Shown here: positions 35,445 through 43,728 of the stretch, one piece after another
Position numbering within the stretch: the stretch's first letter is position 1
Layout: each line of letters begins with the position of its first letter
Source: a virus
Strand: one strand, 5' to 3'
Length of the DNA: 64,000 bases
IMG/VR virus record: IMGVR_UViG_3300025584_000449
Location: 96,001-160,000 of that record
Notes under the pieces: model-generated
What the model saw: only the letters and a program-made list of their open reading frames with translations
What the model was told of the DNA's origin: nothing
Database searches by the model: none
Position numbers and translations under genes: made by a program

Positions 35445-36382
35445 GATAAAAATACCTTTTTAAAAGTGTTCATAATATTAGTTGGGTTATAATTAGAATA
35501 GCTATTCCAGTTTAGACTAAAATCTATATCTGAGGTTAAAAGTTTTTCTAACTGTTGCGCATTAGAATAATATAATCCCTTATCACCGAGAATTTCGTAA
35601 TGAGCTCTATCTCTACCCTGAGTTGAGGTTAATATAGGTTTATTTTTAATTGAAAATTCTCCAACAGCTATTCCAAAACTTTCACCCTGTGACCTTGCAT
35701 GTAACATGCAATCACAAGTATTAATGAATTTTACTTTTTCTGACATATCTGTAGTTGGATTTAAAAAGATAACATTTTTTTGTGATGTAAATTTATTTGT
35801 ATTCATAAAAATAAAATAAACATCTTCGGTTTCTAACCTTTTTATAGTTTCTAAAACATACGGAATATTAAAAGTATCTTTTCCACCATATCTTCCAAAA
35901 ACTCTTGCTGTTTTTGGTATATTCAATTCTTCACGTAAATTATTTTGATGGTTTGGTAAATTAATCATGTGTGGCACATAAGGATTTTTTCCATTTGACA
36001 TTTTATCTGATAACCATTTAGAAATATATGCATACACATCTCCATGCGGTTGGTAGTATTGAAATACTACGTGTATTCCAGTTTTAACTTTATTGGAGTA
36101 TACTCCATCATTAATTCCAGCTTTTATTGTATATAGAAAATCAATATTTAAGTTTTTAATTATATCTTCAAGTTGTCCGTGCGTCGTATAAGTGAAAACA
36201 TTAGTAAAGCGGTTTTTAAATTTAGTAACAGAATCTTCATATGTTAATGATTCTTCAGATAAGTTTTTACAGATAATAAATGATTTGTTATTTAACATAG
36301 TTTCGTTAAAATGTGCATAATCAAAAAGTGCTATCTCTGTCCCACGTTCTGAGAGTTGGTTACTGTGGAATAATATATTCAT
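35441..36382 (-). CDS. Glycosyltransferase (GT-B/GT4-like)
   Basis: ERGTEIALFDYA; RYGG..TF; HAR..GESFGIAVGEF. Confidence 0.75.
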   Translation of the reverse strand: MNILFHSNQLSERGTEIALFDYAHFNETMLNNKSFIICKNLSEESLTYEDSVTKFKNRFTNVFTYTTHGQLEDIIKNLNIDFLYTIKAGINDGVYSNKVKTGIHVVFQYYQPHGDVYAYISKWLSDKMSNGKNPYVPHMINLPNHQNNLREELNIPKTARVFGRYGGKDTFNIPYVLETIKRLETEDVYFIFMNTNKFTSQKNVIFLNPTTDMSEKVKFINTCDCMLHARSQGESFGIAVGEFSIKNKPILTSTQGRDRAHYEILGDKGLYYSNAQQLEKLLTSDIDFSLNWNSYSNYNPTNIMNTFKKVFLS

Positions 36383-37137
36383 TGTAATACCTCTGGTAAT
36401 TTACCTGTAAATGGGATTGCTCTTTTCCAGATACTTGGGTTAATTGGGTGTAAGTTTTCTGTATGTATATTCCAATTTAACCATTTATCTTTAAACCAAT
36501 TATCCTGATTAAATTGATGAGTATGTCCCCAAGTACTGATCTTTTCATAACATTCTTTATCTGTTAATACAAATGAAGCATGATAGCAAAGTATGTTAGG
36601 AATTAAATGTCTTTTGTAATTACCTGGATTTCTACATCTTGCAAATTTTATATTTTTATTTAAATTAATACAAATTTCAGGCTGACCTATAATTATTTTG
36701 TTATCTTCAGTTTCAACAACGTGTTTAAAATCTTTCCAAAAAGATATCCAATTTACTGTATAAACTTCATGGTTACTGTTGGTTTTTATATATGAAATAA
36801 TATTTTTAAAATGATCTAGAAAATAAAATTCATCAGCGTCATGAGTAATTAAAAAATCTATACCATCTTTTTTTGCGGCACTTACACATGCATTTCTTTG
36901 ATCTTCATCAACATCCCACACCCCTTTTATAAAAGTTATTTTATCGTAATATGGACTGTTTTTTAAACTTTCAGGATTAAAATTATTTATAAATTGTTTT
37001 CTAGCTTCTTTATTATATGACCAAGGAACATCGCTGTATGCTATGTATATCTTATCAACAAATGGGCCAGAATTATTTATATTTTTAATTAACCATTTGT
37101 CTTGATTAAAAACAAGTATATGTGTTGCAAATTTCAT
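36379..37137 (-). CDS. Glycosyltransferase (GT2-like)
   Basis: EDQRN; FLITHDADEFY; start probably ATG 37137 (ATGA overlap). Confidence 0.65.
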   Translation of the reverse strand: MKFATHILVFNQDKWLIKNINNSGPFVDKIYIAYSDVPWSYNKEARKQFINNFNPESLKNSPYYDKITFIKGVWDVDEDQRNACVSAAKKDGIDFLITHDADEFYFLDHFKNIISYIKTNSNHEVYTVNWISFWKDFKHVVETEDNKIIIGQPEICINLNKNIKFARCRNPGNYKRHLIPNILCYHASFVLTDKECYEKISTWGHTHQFNQDNWFKDKWLNWNIHTENLHPINPSIWKRAIPFTGKLPEVLQ

Positions 37138-37766
37138 TCTATCCATCCTCTTGGTTTTATATGATGTTGATACCCAAGCGAGTCAGGAATATTCATAACA
37201 TTTTGGTCTTTTTCAAAAAAATATGGATTTTTACTATAACGTAAAATATAGTTTCCAAAAAATATTTCTGGAGCTGGAGAGCCTCTTAAATCTTTTGGTA
37301 AATCTTCTATACTGTGTACTTCAGGTATATTACTGACTAAGATTTTTAAAAGGGATTTTTTAATAATAAAAGATTCTAACATTATATAAGGGTTTGTCAA
37401 GTTCCCACACTCTCCATAAATACGTCTTCCTATAAAATCATGGTCTTTAAATATTAATGCTAAAGCAGTATTAAATAAATCAATATCTTTTAAATAGACA
37501 TCGTCATGTGAAAATATAATTATTTCTGATGGTTTTTCTAAACCACCTTTTATTGCATGTATACACCCATTCATAGCATCTAATTTATGATTTTTTCTAG
37601 TAATAAACTCGCTTAATGACGCTGAGTTAGGAACCGTAGGTTTTTTATCATTGTATGCTATATGATGGAGACAATTTGGAAAATAATTAAGTTCAACGTT
37701 TATTGTATTATTTAAAGTTTTTTCTCTTTTCCAAGCATTATGTGTAAATGTTAATTGTTCATTCAT
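37134..37766 (-). CDS. Glycosyltransferase-like protein
   Basis: IIIFSHDDVYL; located in the GT island. Confidence 0.5.
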   Translation of the reverse strand: MNEQLTFTHNAWKREKTLNNTINVELNYFPNCLHHIAYNDKKPTVPNSASLSEFITRKNHKLDAMNGCIHAIKGGLEKPSEIIIFSHDDVYLKDIDLFNTALALIFKDHDFIGRRIYGECGNLTNPYIMLESFIIKKSLLKILVSNIPEVHSIEDLPKDLRGSPAPEIFFGNYILRYSKNPYFFEKDQNVMNIPDSLGYQHHIKPRGWIE

Positions 37767-37768
37767 AT

Positions 37769-38509
37769 TTAATCTTTTTCTAAAGAATTAGATTCTTTTA
37801 TTATATGGCTACAATTATTATTAAGATAGCTATCATAATGACAACCATGTCCTTTATTTTTCCAATTACGTTCTACTAATATTTTTCTTTTTCCATGTTC
37901 TTCTGATCTTATAGGATAATGATTTATAACATAGCTAACTCCATCTATTTTAACATTTCTTCCCCATTGAGATTGATTTCTATGCTTCCCTCTTCCCATA
38001 TTTCCTGTTAATGATAATAGCCAGCTGCGATTAATCCCTCCCCAGCTACCGGGCGACCTTCTTAAAAAATATTTTTGTCTATCTACACAATTTACAATAC
38101 TTGGATCATCTTTTTCAGTAACCCAGTATTCTTTTATTTCTGTTTGTATTACTTTAATACCAGAATTAAAAGAATGTAATAATTCTTCTTGTAGATTTGT
38201 ATTAGATTTGTGTACTAATATTTCATCAGCATCTAACCAAGTTACCCAATCATATAATGGTTGTTTAGAATTTATAAATCTTGAAATTGTATTAAAAAGA
38301 TTATTTGGTCCTTTCCAAAAATGAATTTTATTTCTATCTAAGTACTCGTAGGTTACTCTTTCTTTAAAAGAAGTTATTATTTCTTTTGTGTTATCAGTTG
38401 ATCCGTGATCGAATACATGAACAGAATGTCCAGAATCTAAAAGACATTTAATAGAGTTTTCTAAACAATCACCTTCATTATATCCGTGTATTATGCCGAG
38501 CAGTCTCAT
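37769..38509 (-). CDS. Glycosyltransferase family 2-like protein
   Basis: YNEGDCL, FDHGSTDNT, WVTWLDADEIL, HY..RS. Confidence 0.8.
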   Translation of the reverse strand: MRLLGIIHGYNEGDCLENSIKCLLDSGHSVHVFDHGSTDNTKEIITSFKERVTYEYLDRNKIHFWKGPNNLFNTISRFINSKQPLYDWVTWLDADEILVHKSNTNLQEELLHSFNSGIKVIQTEIKEYWVTEKDDPSIVNCVDRQKYFLRRSPGSWGGINRSWLLSLTGNMGRGKHRNQSQWGRNVKIDGVSYVINHYPIRSEEHGKRKILVERNWKNKGHGCHYDSYLNNNCSHIIKESNSLEKD

Positions 38510-38511
38510 AG

Positions 38512-39786
38512 TTATTTCCTTTTTAAGAACGCTAGACTAAATCCACAATCGCTAACGCTATCTTTTAGATGGTGTACCTTTGTAAATTCTGATTTTTCCT
38601 TATCCCATGCTTGCTTCACTCCAACTCCTGCCCTAATCCTGGCGTAATAATCATGTCCCCATATATATAAATCTTTTGTAGATTTATTTTTAAATACTTG
38701 TAATTCTTTTCTTACATAATCTTCTGAGTGATCTCCATCTTGACTTATAAAATCAAAATCTAATTCTTGTAGTGAGTCTAAATAATTTAAAGATTCTTCC
38801 ACATGATGTGTAAAATTATTAGAATGTAGCTTATCTCTATTAAGCCTATCTATGACATCAACTAGATGTAGTTCTCCAAATCCATTTTTTTCAATAGCGG
38901 CTAGCATATGGTTTGTGCTAACTCCAACAAAGTTTCCTATTTCTAATAATTTTTTTGGTTTTGCTAGCCTAATTGCACAATACAGAGCTTTTAACTCACT
39001 TTCCCAGGCTGATCCTGCTGGTTCTTCTGGATACCCTCCATAAGTGTCTTCTCTATATAGTTCTAAAAGATATTCTTTAGATACTTCAAATAAAGAATTA
39101 AATGCACTATAATAGCTTTGTATAAAATCTATTTCAGGGTTTATTTTATTAAATGGCATATTATATTTTTCCTTATTGGGGGGTCCTCCCCATTTTTTTA
39201 TATAGTAATTTCTATTTTTAGAAAAATTTCTATTTAATTTTGGATCTTTTCTTATTGATGAAGATTTCTGGCTTTTTTTAGGAGTAAGTTTTATTGCAAC
39301 TCTTCCTTTATTAATTAAACCGCAGCGCCTGCCATAATCGTTGTCTTCAAAATATGCTGGATAAAATTTTTCATCAAACAGCCCAACAACATTAAAACAC
39401 TCCCTAGAAATAAAAAAATTTGAAAACGCACTTCCTAATACTAAATAATTATCACTATGGGGGCCAAATATAGAATTAATCTGCTCTAAAGAGTGTCCAG
39501 GTATTATGTCATCATTTGTTAGTTGAACATGGGTTATTTCTGGGTTTTTAAATCCCTCATTTAATATATAGTTCCAACTAGCGGCAACTCCAAGATTTTT
39601 TCCTGGGTTGTATATCTCTGTTTTTTCTTTTAAGTTGTCTGGTATTTTTATAGATTGGTTTCCATTATCAACTATAACCAATTTATATAAATCTGGCATC
39701 ACTTTAGATAAATCAGCTAAAGCCTCATTTAGTAAATCTGCCCTATTGATGGTAGGTATTCCCATAAAAATCTTAATTGTGTCCAA
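38512..39786 (-). CDS. GT2-like glycosyltransferase fused to a class I SAM methyltransferase
   Basis: N-terminal IVDNG..NLGVAASWN..TNDD..FDEKFYPAYFEDNDY; C-terminal LLEIGNFVGVS..QDGDHS..GHDY. Confidence 0.78.
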   Translation of the reverse strand: MDTIKIFMGIPTINRADLLNEALADLSKVMPDLYKLVIVDNGNQSIKIPDNLKEKTEIYNPGKNLGVAASWNYILNEGFKNPEITHVQLTNDDIIPGHSLEQINSIFGPHSDNYLVLGSAFSNFFISRECFNVVGLFDEKFYPAYFEDNDYGRRCGLINKGRVAIKLTPKKSQKSSSIRKDPKLNRNFSKNRNYYIKKWGGPPNKEKYNMPFNKINPEIDFIQSYYSAFNSLFEVSKEYLLELYREDTYGGYPEEPAGSAWESELKALYCAIRLAKPKKLLEIGNFVGVSTNHMLAAIEKNGFGELHLVDVIDRLNRDKLHSNNFTHHVEESLNYLDSLQELDFDFISQDGDHSEDYVRKELQVFKNKSTKDLYIWGHDYYARIRAGVGVKQAWDKEKSEFTKVHHLKDSVSDCGFSLAFLKRK

Positions 39787-40480
39787 TGTTTAATTCCTTT
39801 AAACTATCAGCTTCTATTCCTATAAAATCTTTTGCTGTATCGTAGTAGTCAGTTCTAGCGTATACTCCAGTCCTACCTATATGATTCACTATAGATGGGT
39901 TAGTAGTGCAGACTAAAAGTTTTTCTGAATGGGCTAGTTCACACATTCTATAATCCCATTCATGGGTCTCTCTTTCTATAATTGGAAACGGTCTTCTTAA
40001 ATAAAGTTTAGTATCCATTAAAAAGTTTGCCCCACCAATAGAAAGTTTTAATCTAAGTCCTGTAACTTCTTTTTTTGTTGCGTGATTATTTGTTTCTGTA
40101 TTAAATCCAGATAATAGCCCCATATTTGGTAATTTATAATATATGTGATTTAGCGCCTGTACCCAGTTCTTGGCATACACCATATCTGAGTCTGACACAA
40201 GAAAGAATTCTGCGCATGTTTTCTGTTTATTAAACCAATTTCTAATCTGGCCTAACTTACATACTCTCATGCCGACATGTTCTGCTAAAGTAAATTCAGT
40301 ACCACATGTCCACTCTCTTGCTTCATATTCTTTTATAATTGAAGTTGTTTCTTCGTCTGAGCCATCATCTGTCCAAAAAAGTTTAACCCACTCTGGTAAA
40401 TTTGAATTAAATAAACTTTCCAAAGAGGGCTTGACAAATTCTGGTCTATTAAAACTTGTTATAAATAAAGGTACATACAT
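39773..40480 (-). CDS. Glycosyltransferase family 2-like protein
   Basis: SFNRP, TDDGS, SDSDMVY, HIG. Confidence 0.75.
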   Translation of the reverse strand: MYVPLFITSFNRPEFVKPSLESLFNSNLPEWVKLFWTDDGSDEETTSIIKEYEAREWTCGTEFTLAEHVGMRVCKLGQIRNWFNKQKTCAEFFLVSDSDMVYAKNWVQALNHIYYKLPNMGLLSGFNTETNNHATKKEVTGLRLKLSIGGANFLMDTKLYLRRPFPIIERETHEWDYRMCELAHSEKLLVCTTNPSIVNHIGRTGVYARTDYYDTAKDFIGIEADSLKELNIGHN

Positions 40481-40506
40481 TTTAAGGTAAAGTCCGGTGT
40501 AAAGGT

Positions 40507-40543
40507 AAAAGGGAGTAGCCTATGTGTATAGACTACTCCCCTT
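40507..40543 (-). terminator. Rho-independent terminator after the SSB-like gene
   Basis: Stem GGGAGTAG..CTAT / ATAG..CTACTCCC with AAAA on + (U-run on -). Confidence 0.7.
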
Positions 40544-40551
40544 ATAAATAC

Positions 40552-41025
40552 TTATGAAAAAAGTCCATTCCCTGAGTCAGTCGCGCCAGCATCATTCGTG
40601 GCACTAGGATCGAGAGCTTGAATTTTCTTTAAGTCATTGCCGGGCTTACCATTAAAAGAAGATGGCTCTAAATAACCATTTACTTTTAGGTTTGCCATTC
40701 CTGCGACAATGTCCTCAATCTCTAGCTCTTCGTCTGTGTCTACTAAAGGCGATTTAGCAGCTCTTAAGAGATTCGCTAACATGCCCTGACCAACTCCATT
40801 TTCAACACCGTCTTTATTAATTATGCCGTAGTTGTTCCATACTTTTCTATTTTTGTATTGGCCATCAAAAACTACAAACGTAACTTTTACTTGAAATGCT
40901 CCAGTTCTTGCTTCCATGTATTCAGCATTTTCAATTTGCAGAGGATACCACGCTTCCGGGAGAGACTCATAGTCTCCATCATTGGATACGTTGGCTTCTG
41001 CAATCTTCTTCATATTTACTTTCAC
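40552..41025 (-). CDS. DUF669-like single-stranded DNA-binding protein
   Basis: LPEAWY...I..AE...TG...KVTF.V.DG.Y..RKVW; acidic tail ending GLFS; next to the AAA recombinase-like gene. Confidence 0.7.
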   Translation of the reverse strand: MKVNMKKIAEANVSNDGDYESLPEAWYPLQIENAEYMEARTGAFQVKVTFVVFDGQYKNRKVWNNYGIINKDGVENGVGQGMLANLLRAAKSPLVDTDEELEIEDIVAGMANLKVNGYLEPSSFNGKPGNDLKKIQALDPSATNDAGATDSGNGLFS

Positions 41026-41040
41026 TTTTTTATTTCTCCG

Positions 41041-41964
41041 CTATTTCGATAATTCGTCTATAAGTAATTTAGCTTCGTCTGGTTTTAAATCAAGTAGGCT
41101 TTCAATCATGTAGCCTTCACGAAGCTTTTCTGCAACAGTGTCAGAGCTTAACCCTTTATTTTCTATTAATGCACTTAAAGTGACTAGTTGCTCTGCAGTT
41201 ATTCCTGCTGTCTTTATTTTATTGCCTTTAAATTCAATTTCAATTTGTCGTCCTGCAAAATCATCTAGGCTGGTCTGTTGGTTAAATACTACAGGATCTC
41301 TTTCAAGATCTGCATTACCTAGATACTTGACAAACTGTTCATAACTAAACTCAAAAGAATTTGGTAGTGTATTAGTTCTATCTTTAATTGTGGATGCTAA
41401 CCTTTTTCCATCCGGTGTTTCTTTTAATTCAAGAACTACGTCGAACATATACGGCAAGTCTTTTGGACCATCTGGCTTTAGACCAACAGGTTTCATAAAC
41501 TCACCAGGTTCTTGGCTATACTCTACACGAGCTCTTGCTGTACAAATAATATTCAAGTCTAATGCTAGTAACTTCTGAATTAGTCCTTTTACATTAGATT
41601 TAAGTAATTTAAAATCAACTGGCTGTAAAGTATAATTCTTGTTATTATTTTTAACCCTCATTCGTCTTAGCTGTGCATCTTGCATCGCCTCGTATACGGC
41701 AGTGAATGGGTCTAAAATTAATGTCTTTACATCACCAGGATCTTTTAAAAGTTCATCAAGAGCTGCATTAATCTCGTCGGGATCATTAGTTTGAATTCTT
41801 TCAAAGTCAAACAACTCGCCATAGAAGTCTGTTCCCTTTTCAGCATCTATCATGGCTGGGCTGGGAAAATGTAAAGATGTTACTGTTTTACCAGAACCAC
41901 TTTCCCCGTATATATACATCTTCAATCGTCTAGCTTTTTTGCTAGCTTTTTTAAATAAACTCAT
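41041..41964 (-). CDS. AAA_24/Sak4-like ATPase (recombination)
   Basis: IYGESGSGKT Walker A; LILD; FDVVL...KDRT. Confidence 0.78.
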   Translation of the reverse strand: MSLFKKASKKARRLKMYIYGESGSGKTVTSLHFPSPAMIDAEKGTDFYGELFDFERIQTNDPDEINAALDELLKDPGDVKTLILDPFTAVYEAMQDAQLRRMRVKNNNKNYTLQPVDFKLLKSNVKGLIQKLLALDLNIICTARARVEYSQEPGEFMKPVGLKPDGPKDLPYMFDVVLELKETPDGKRLASTIKDRTNTLPNSFEFSYEQFVKYLGNADLERDPVVFNQQTSLDDFAGRQIEIEFKGNKIKTAGITAEQLVTLSALIENKGLSSDTVAEKLREGYMIESLLDLKPDEAKLLIDELSK

Positions 41965-42618
41965 TTAGTATCTTTTTGGTATATAGGTATAATTTTGTAA
42001 AATTTGGTATACATCGTAAGTTGCTTGTACATCTTTTAAGCAGTATTCAGCTATCTCATCTATACGACCAGCGGCGAAAGCTTCTGCCACATTAGCTGCT
42101 TTAATCTCGCCGTCTTTAGGTGACTTAACCCCTAAAAATTCACAAGCTAACTCAAGAGACGCTGTTTGGTATCTATCCCAATCTGCCAAAATCTGTTGCA
42201 CGTCGAAGTGAGGATACCTTTGGAACCTCTTTGTATCTGCAAACTGTTTATGTGTTGGTTCAATACCGTGGAACATAGATCGCTTCAATATAAAAGGAAC
42301 ATCAAAGCCTAGTCCATTGTAATGGACGAACACGCCTTTATGTTTCTTAATGATTTCCCACCATCTAGTTAGAATTTCCTTCTCTGTTCCAACTAAAGAA
42401 ATGGAACCGCTCTCATCGCCGTATACTTTCATTGCTCCTATACAAACGATTTCTCCAAAATAAGGAGAGGTAGCCATTATTCTATTTCTTATACCAATTA
42501 AATCTTCATTGTCTTTGATTGTAAACTTGTCAAGTTTACGTTGTAAAGTTTCTTCTTGTAAATCGCTCAGCGGTGTTTGCTGAGGGATTGTCTCTATGTC
42601 AAAAATTAATATATTCAT
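41965..42618 (-). CDS. 3'-5' exonuclease (PolB-like DEDD)
   Basis: FDIET, YNGLGFDVPFI, HFD, YCLKDV. Confidence 0.85.
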   Translation of the reverse strand: MNILIFDIETIPQQTPLSDLQEETLQRKLDKFTIKDNEDLIGIRNRIMATSPYFGEIVCIGAMKVYGDESGSISLVGTEKEILTRWWEIIKKHKGVFVHYNGLGFDVPFILKRSMFHGIEPTHKQFADTKRFQRYPHFDVQQILADWDRYQTASLELACEFLGVKSPKDGEIKAANVAEAFAAGRIDEIAEYCLKDVQATYDVYQILQNYTYIPKRY

Positions 42619-42640
42619 ACTTTAATATAGTAAGATATGC

Positions 42641-42970
42641 TCAACTGTCAAGTAGATTGTTGTGCATTTCTACTAATTTATCAAGATAATTTAAATGGTG
42701 TAAGTTACCACATGCTATGATCTCTAGCCTCATATCATGGTTTACAGCAAAGGTTACTATCTTGCTAAATAGTATGTGTGGTAGCACATCAAAGCCCGTA
42801 ATTATCTTTATTACTTCCTTTTCATGAGCTAATAATATACATTCTTCAGAGGCAATATAACGAGATGGACTTCTACTAGACCTTTTTACATAGTCTGGGT
42901 CTTTAATTGCCGTCTGTATACCGTCCTCGTCGATACAATACACAGGACTATAACTATATGCAAGTATCAT
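42641..42970 (-). CDS. Hypothetical protein
   Basis: 109-aa ORF in the operon with overlapping junction. Confidence 0.45.
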   Translation of the reverse strand: MILAYSYSPVYCIDEDGIQTAIKDPDYVKRSSRSPSRYIASEECILLAHEKEVIKIITGFDVLPHILFSKIVTFAVNHDMRLEIIACGNLHHLNYLDKLVEMHNNLLDS

Positions 42971-43725
42971 ATATCTAACTCTTCGTCTATTGGTGCTATG
43001 TAGAATTTATTAATATATTTAGGAAACTCTTCATCAATAGAAGCTTGTACTAGTTCTGGTGAATTTGTTCTTGCACTTAAGTGGCCAAAGATTACATTAT
43101 TTACTTTTTCTAAATCAACAGATTCTTTAATAAACTCTATAGCTTGTGCAGTACTTAAATGCCCAAAGTTTCCTTTTATTCTATCTTTTAATTCGATTGA
43201 GTAGTCAGCGTATTTTTTTAATTGCTCATCGTCGTAGTCCGCTTCAATAAAGTAACTATCACATTCTTTTAATTTATTTTTTATTAAAGCAGTTACAGCC
43301 CCAGTATCAGTCATATATCCGAAGCGCTTTGACGAAGATATCTCTGTAACTACAAAACCCATACTATATGCTGCGTCATGCTTTGTACTAAAGCCTTCAA
43401 CTGTAAAAGTATCATCGATTGTAGTAATATCTCCAGCTTCTATAAACATTATATCCTCTATGGGTATAGATTCAAAATGTTTAGGTCTGGCTTCATATAC
43501 ATGTCGATGTAAATATACTTTACATTTAGCTTTCTTATATAAAACATTAACACCTTTTATATGATCGCTATGCTCATGAGTAATAAAAATGGCGCTTATA
43601 TCAAAAACGCCATCTTCATAAACTCTTTTTCTTGGAATACCGCAATCAATTAGTATAGAAGTTTTACCAGAGCTAACTCGTGTGCAATTTCCGCTGCTAC
43701 TACTAGCAATGGTCTTAAGTTTCAT
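42967..43725 (-). CDS. MBL-fold metallo-hydrolase (YycJ/WalJ-like nuclease)
   Basis: SSSSGN, DCG, THEHSDH, HDA, TDTG, HLS. Confidence 0.88.
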   Translation of the reverse strand: MKLKTIASSSSGNCTRVSSGKTSILIDCGIPRKRVYEDGVFDISAIFITHEHSDHIKGVNVLYKKAKCKVYLHRHVYEARPKHFESIPIEDIMFIEAGDITTIDDTFTVEGFSTKHDAAYSMGFVVTEISSSKRFGYMTDTGAVTALIKNKLKECDSYFIEADYDDEQLKKYADYSIELKDRIKGNFGHLSTAQAIEFIKESVDLEKVNNVIFGHLSARTNSPELVQASIDEEFPKYINKFYIAPIDEELDI

Positions 43726-43728
43726 TCA

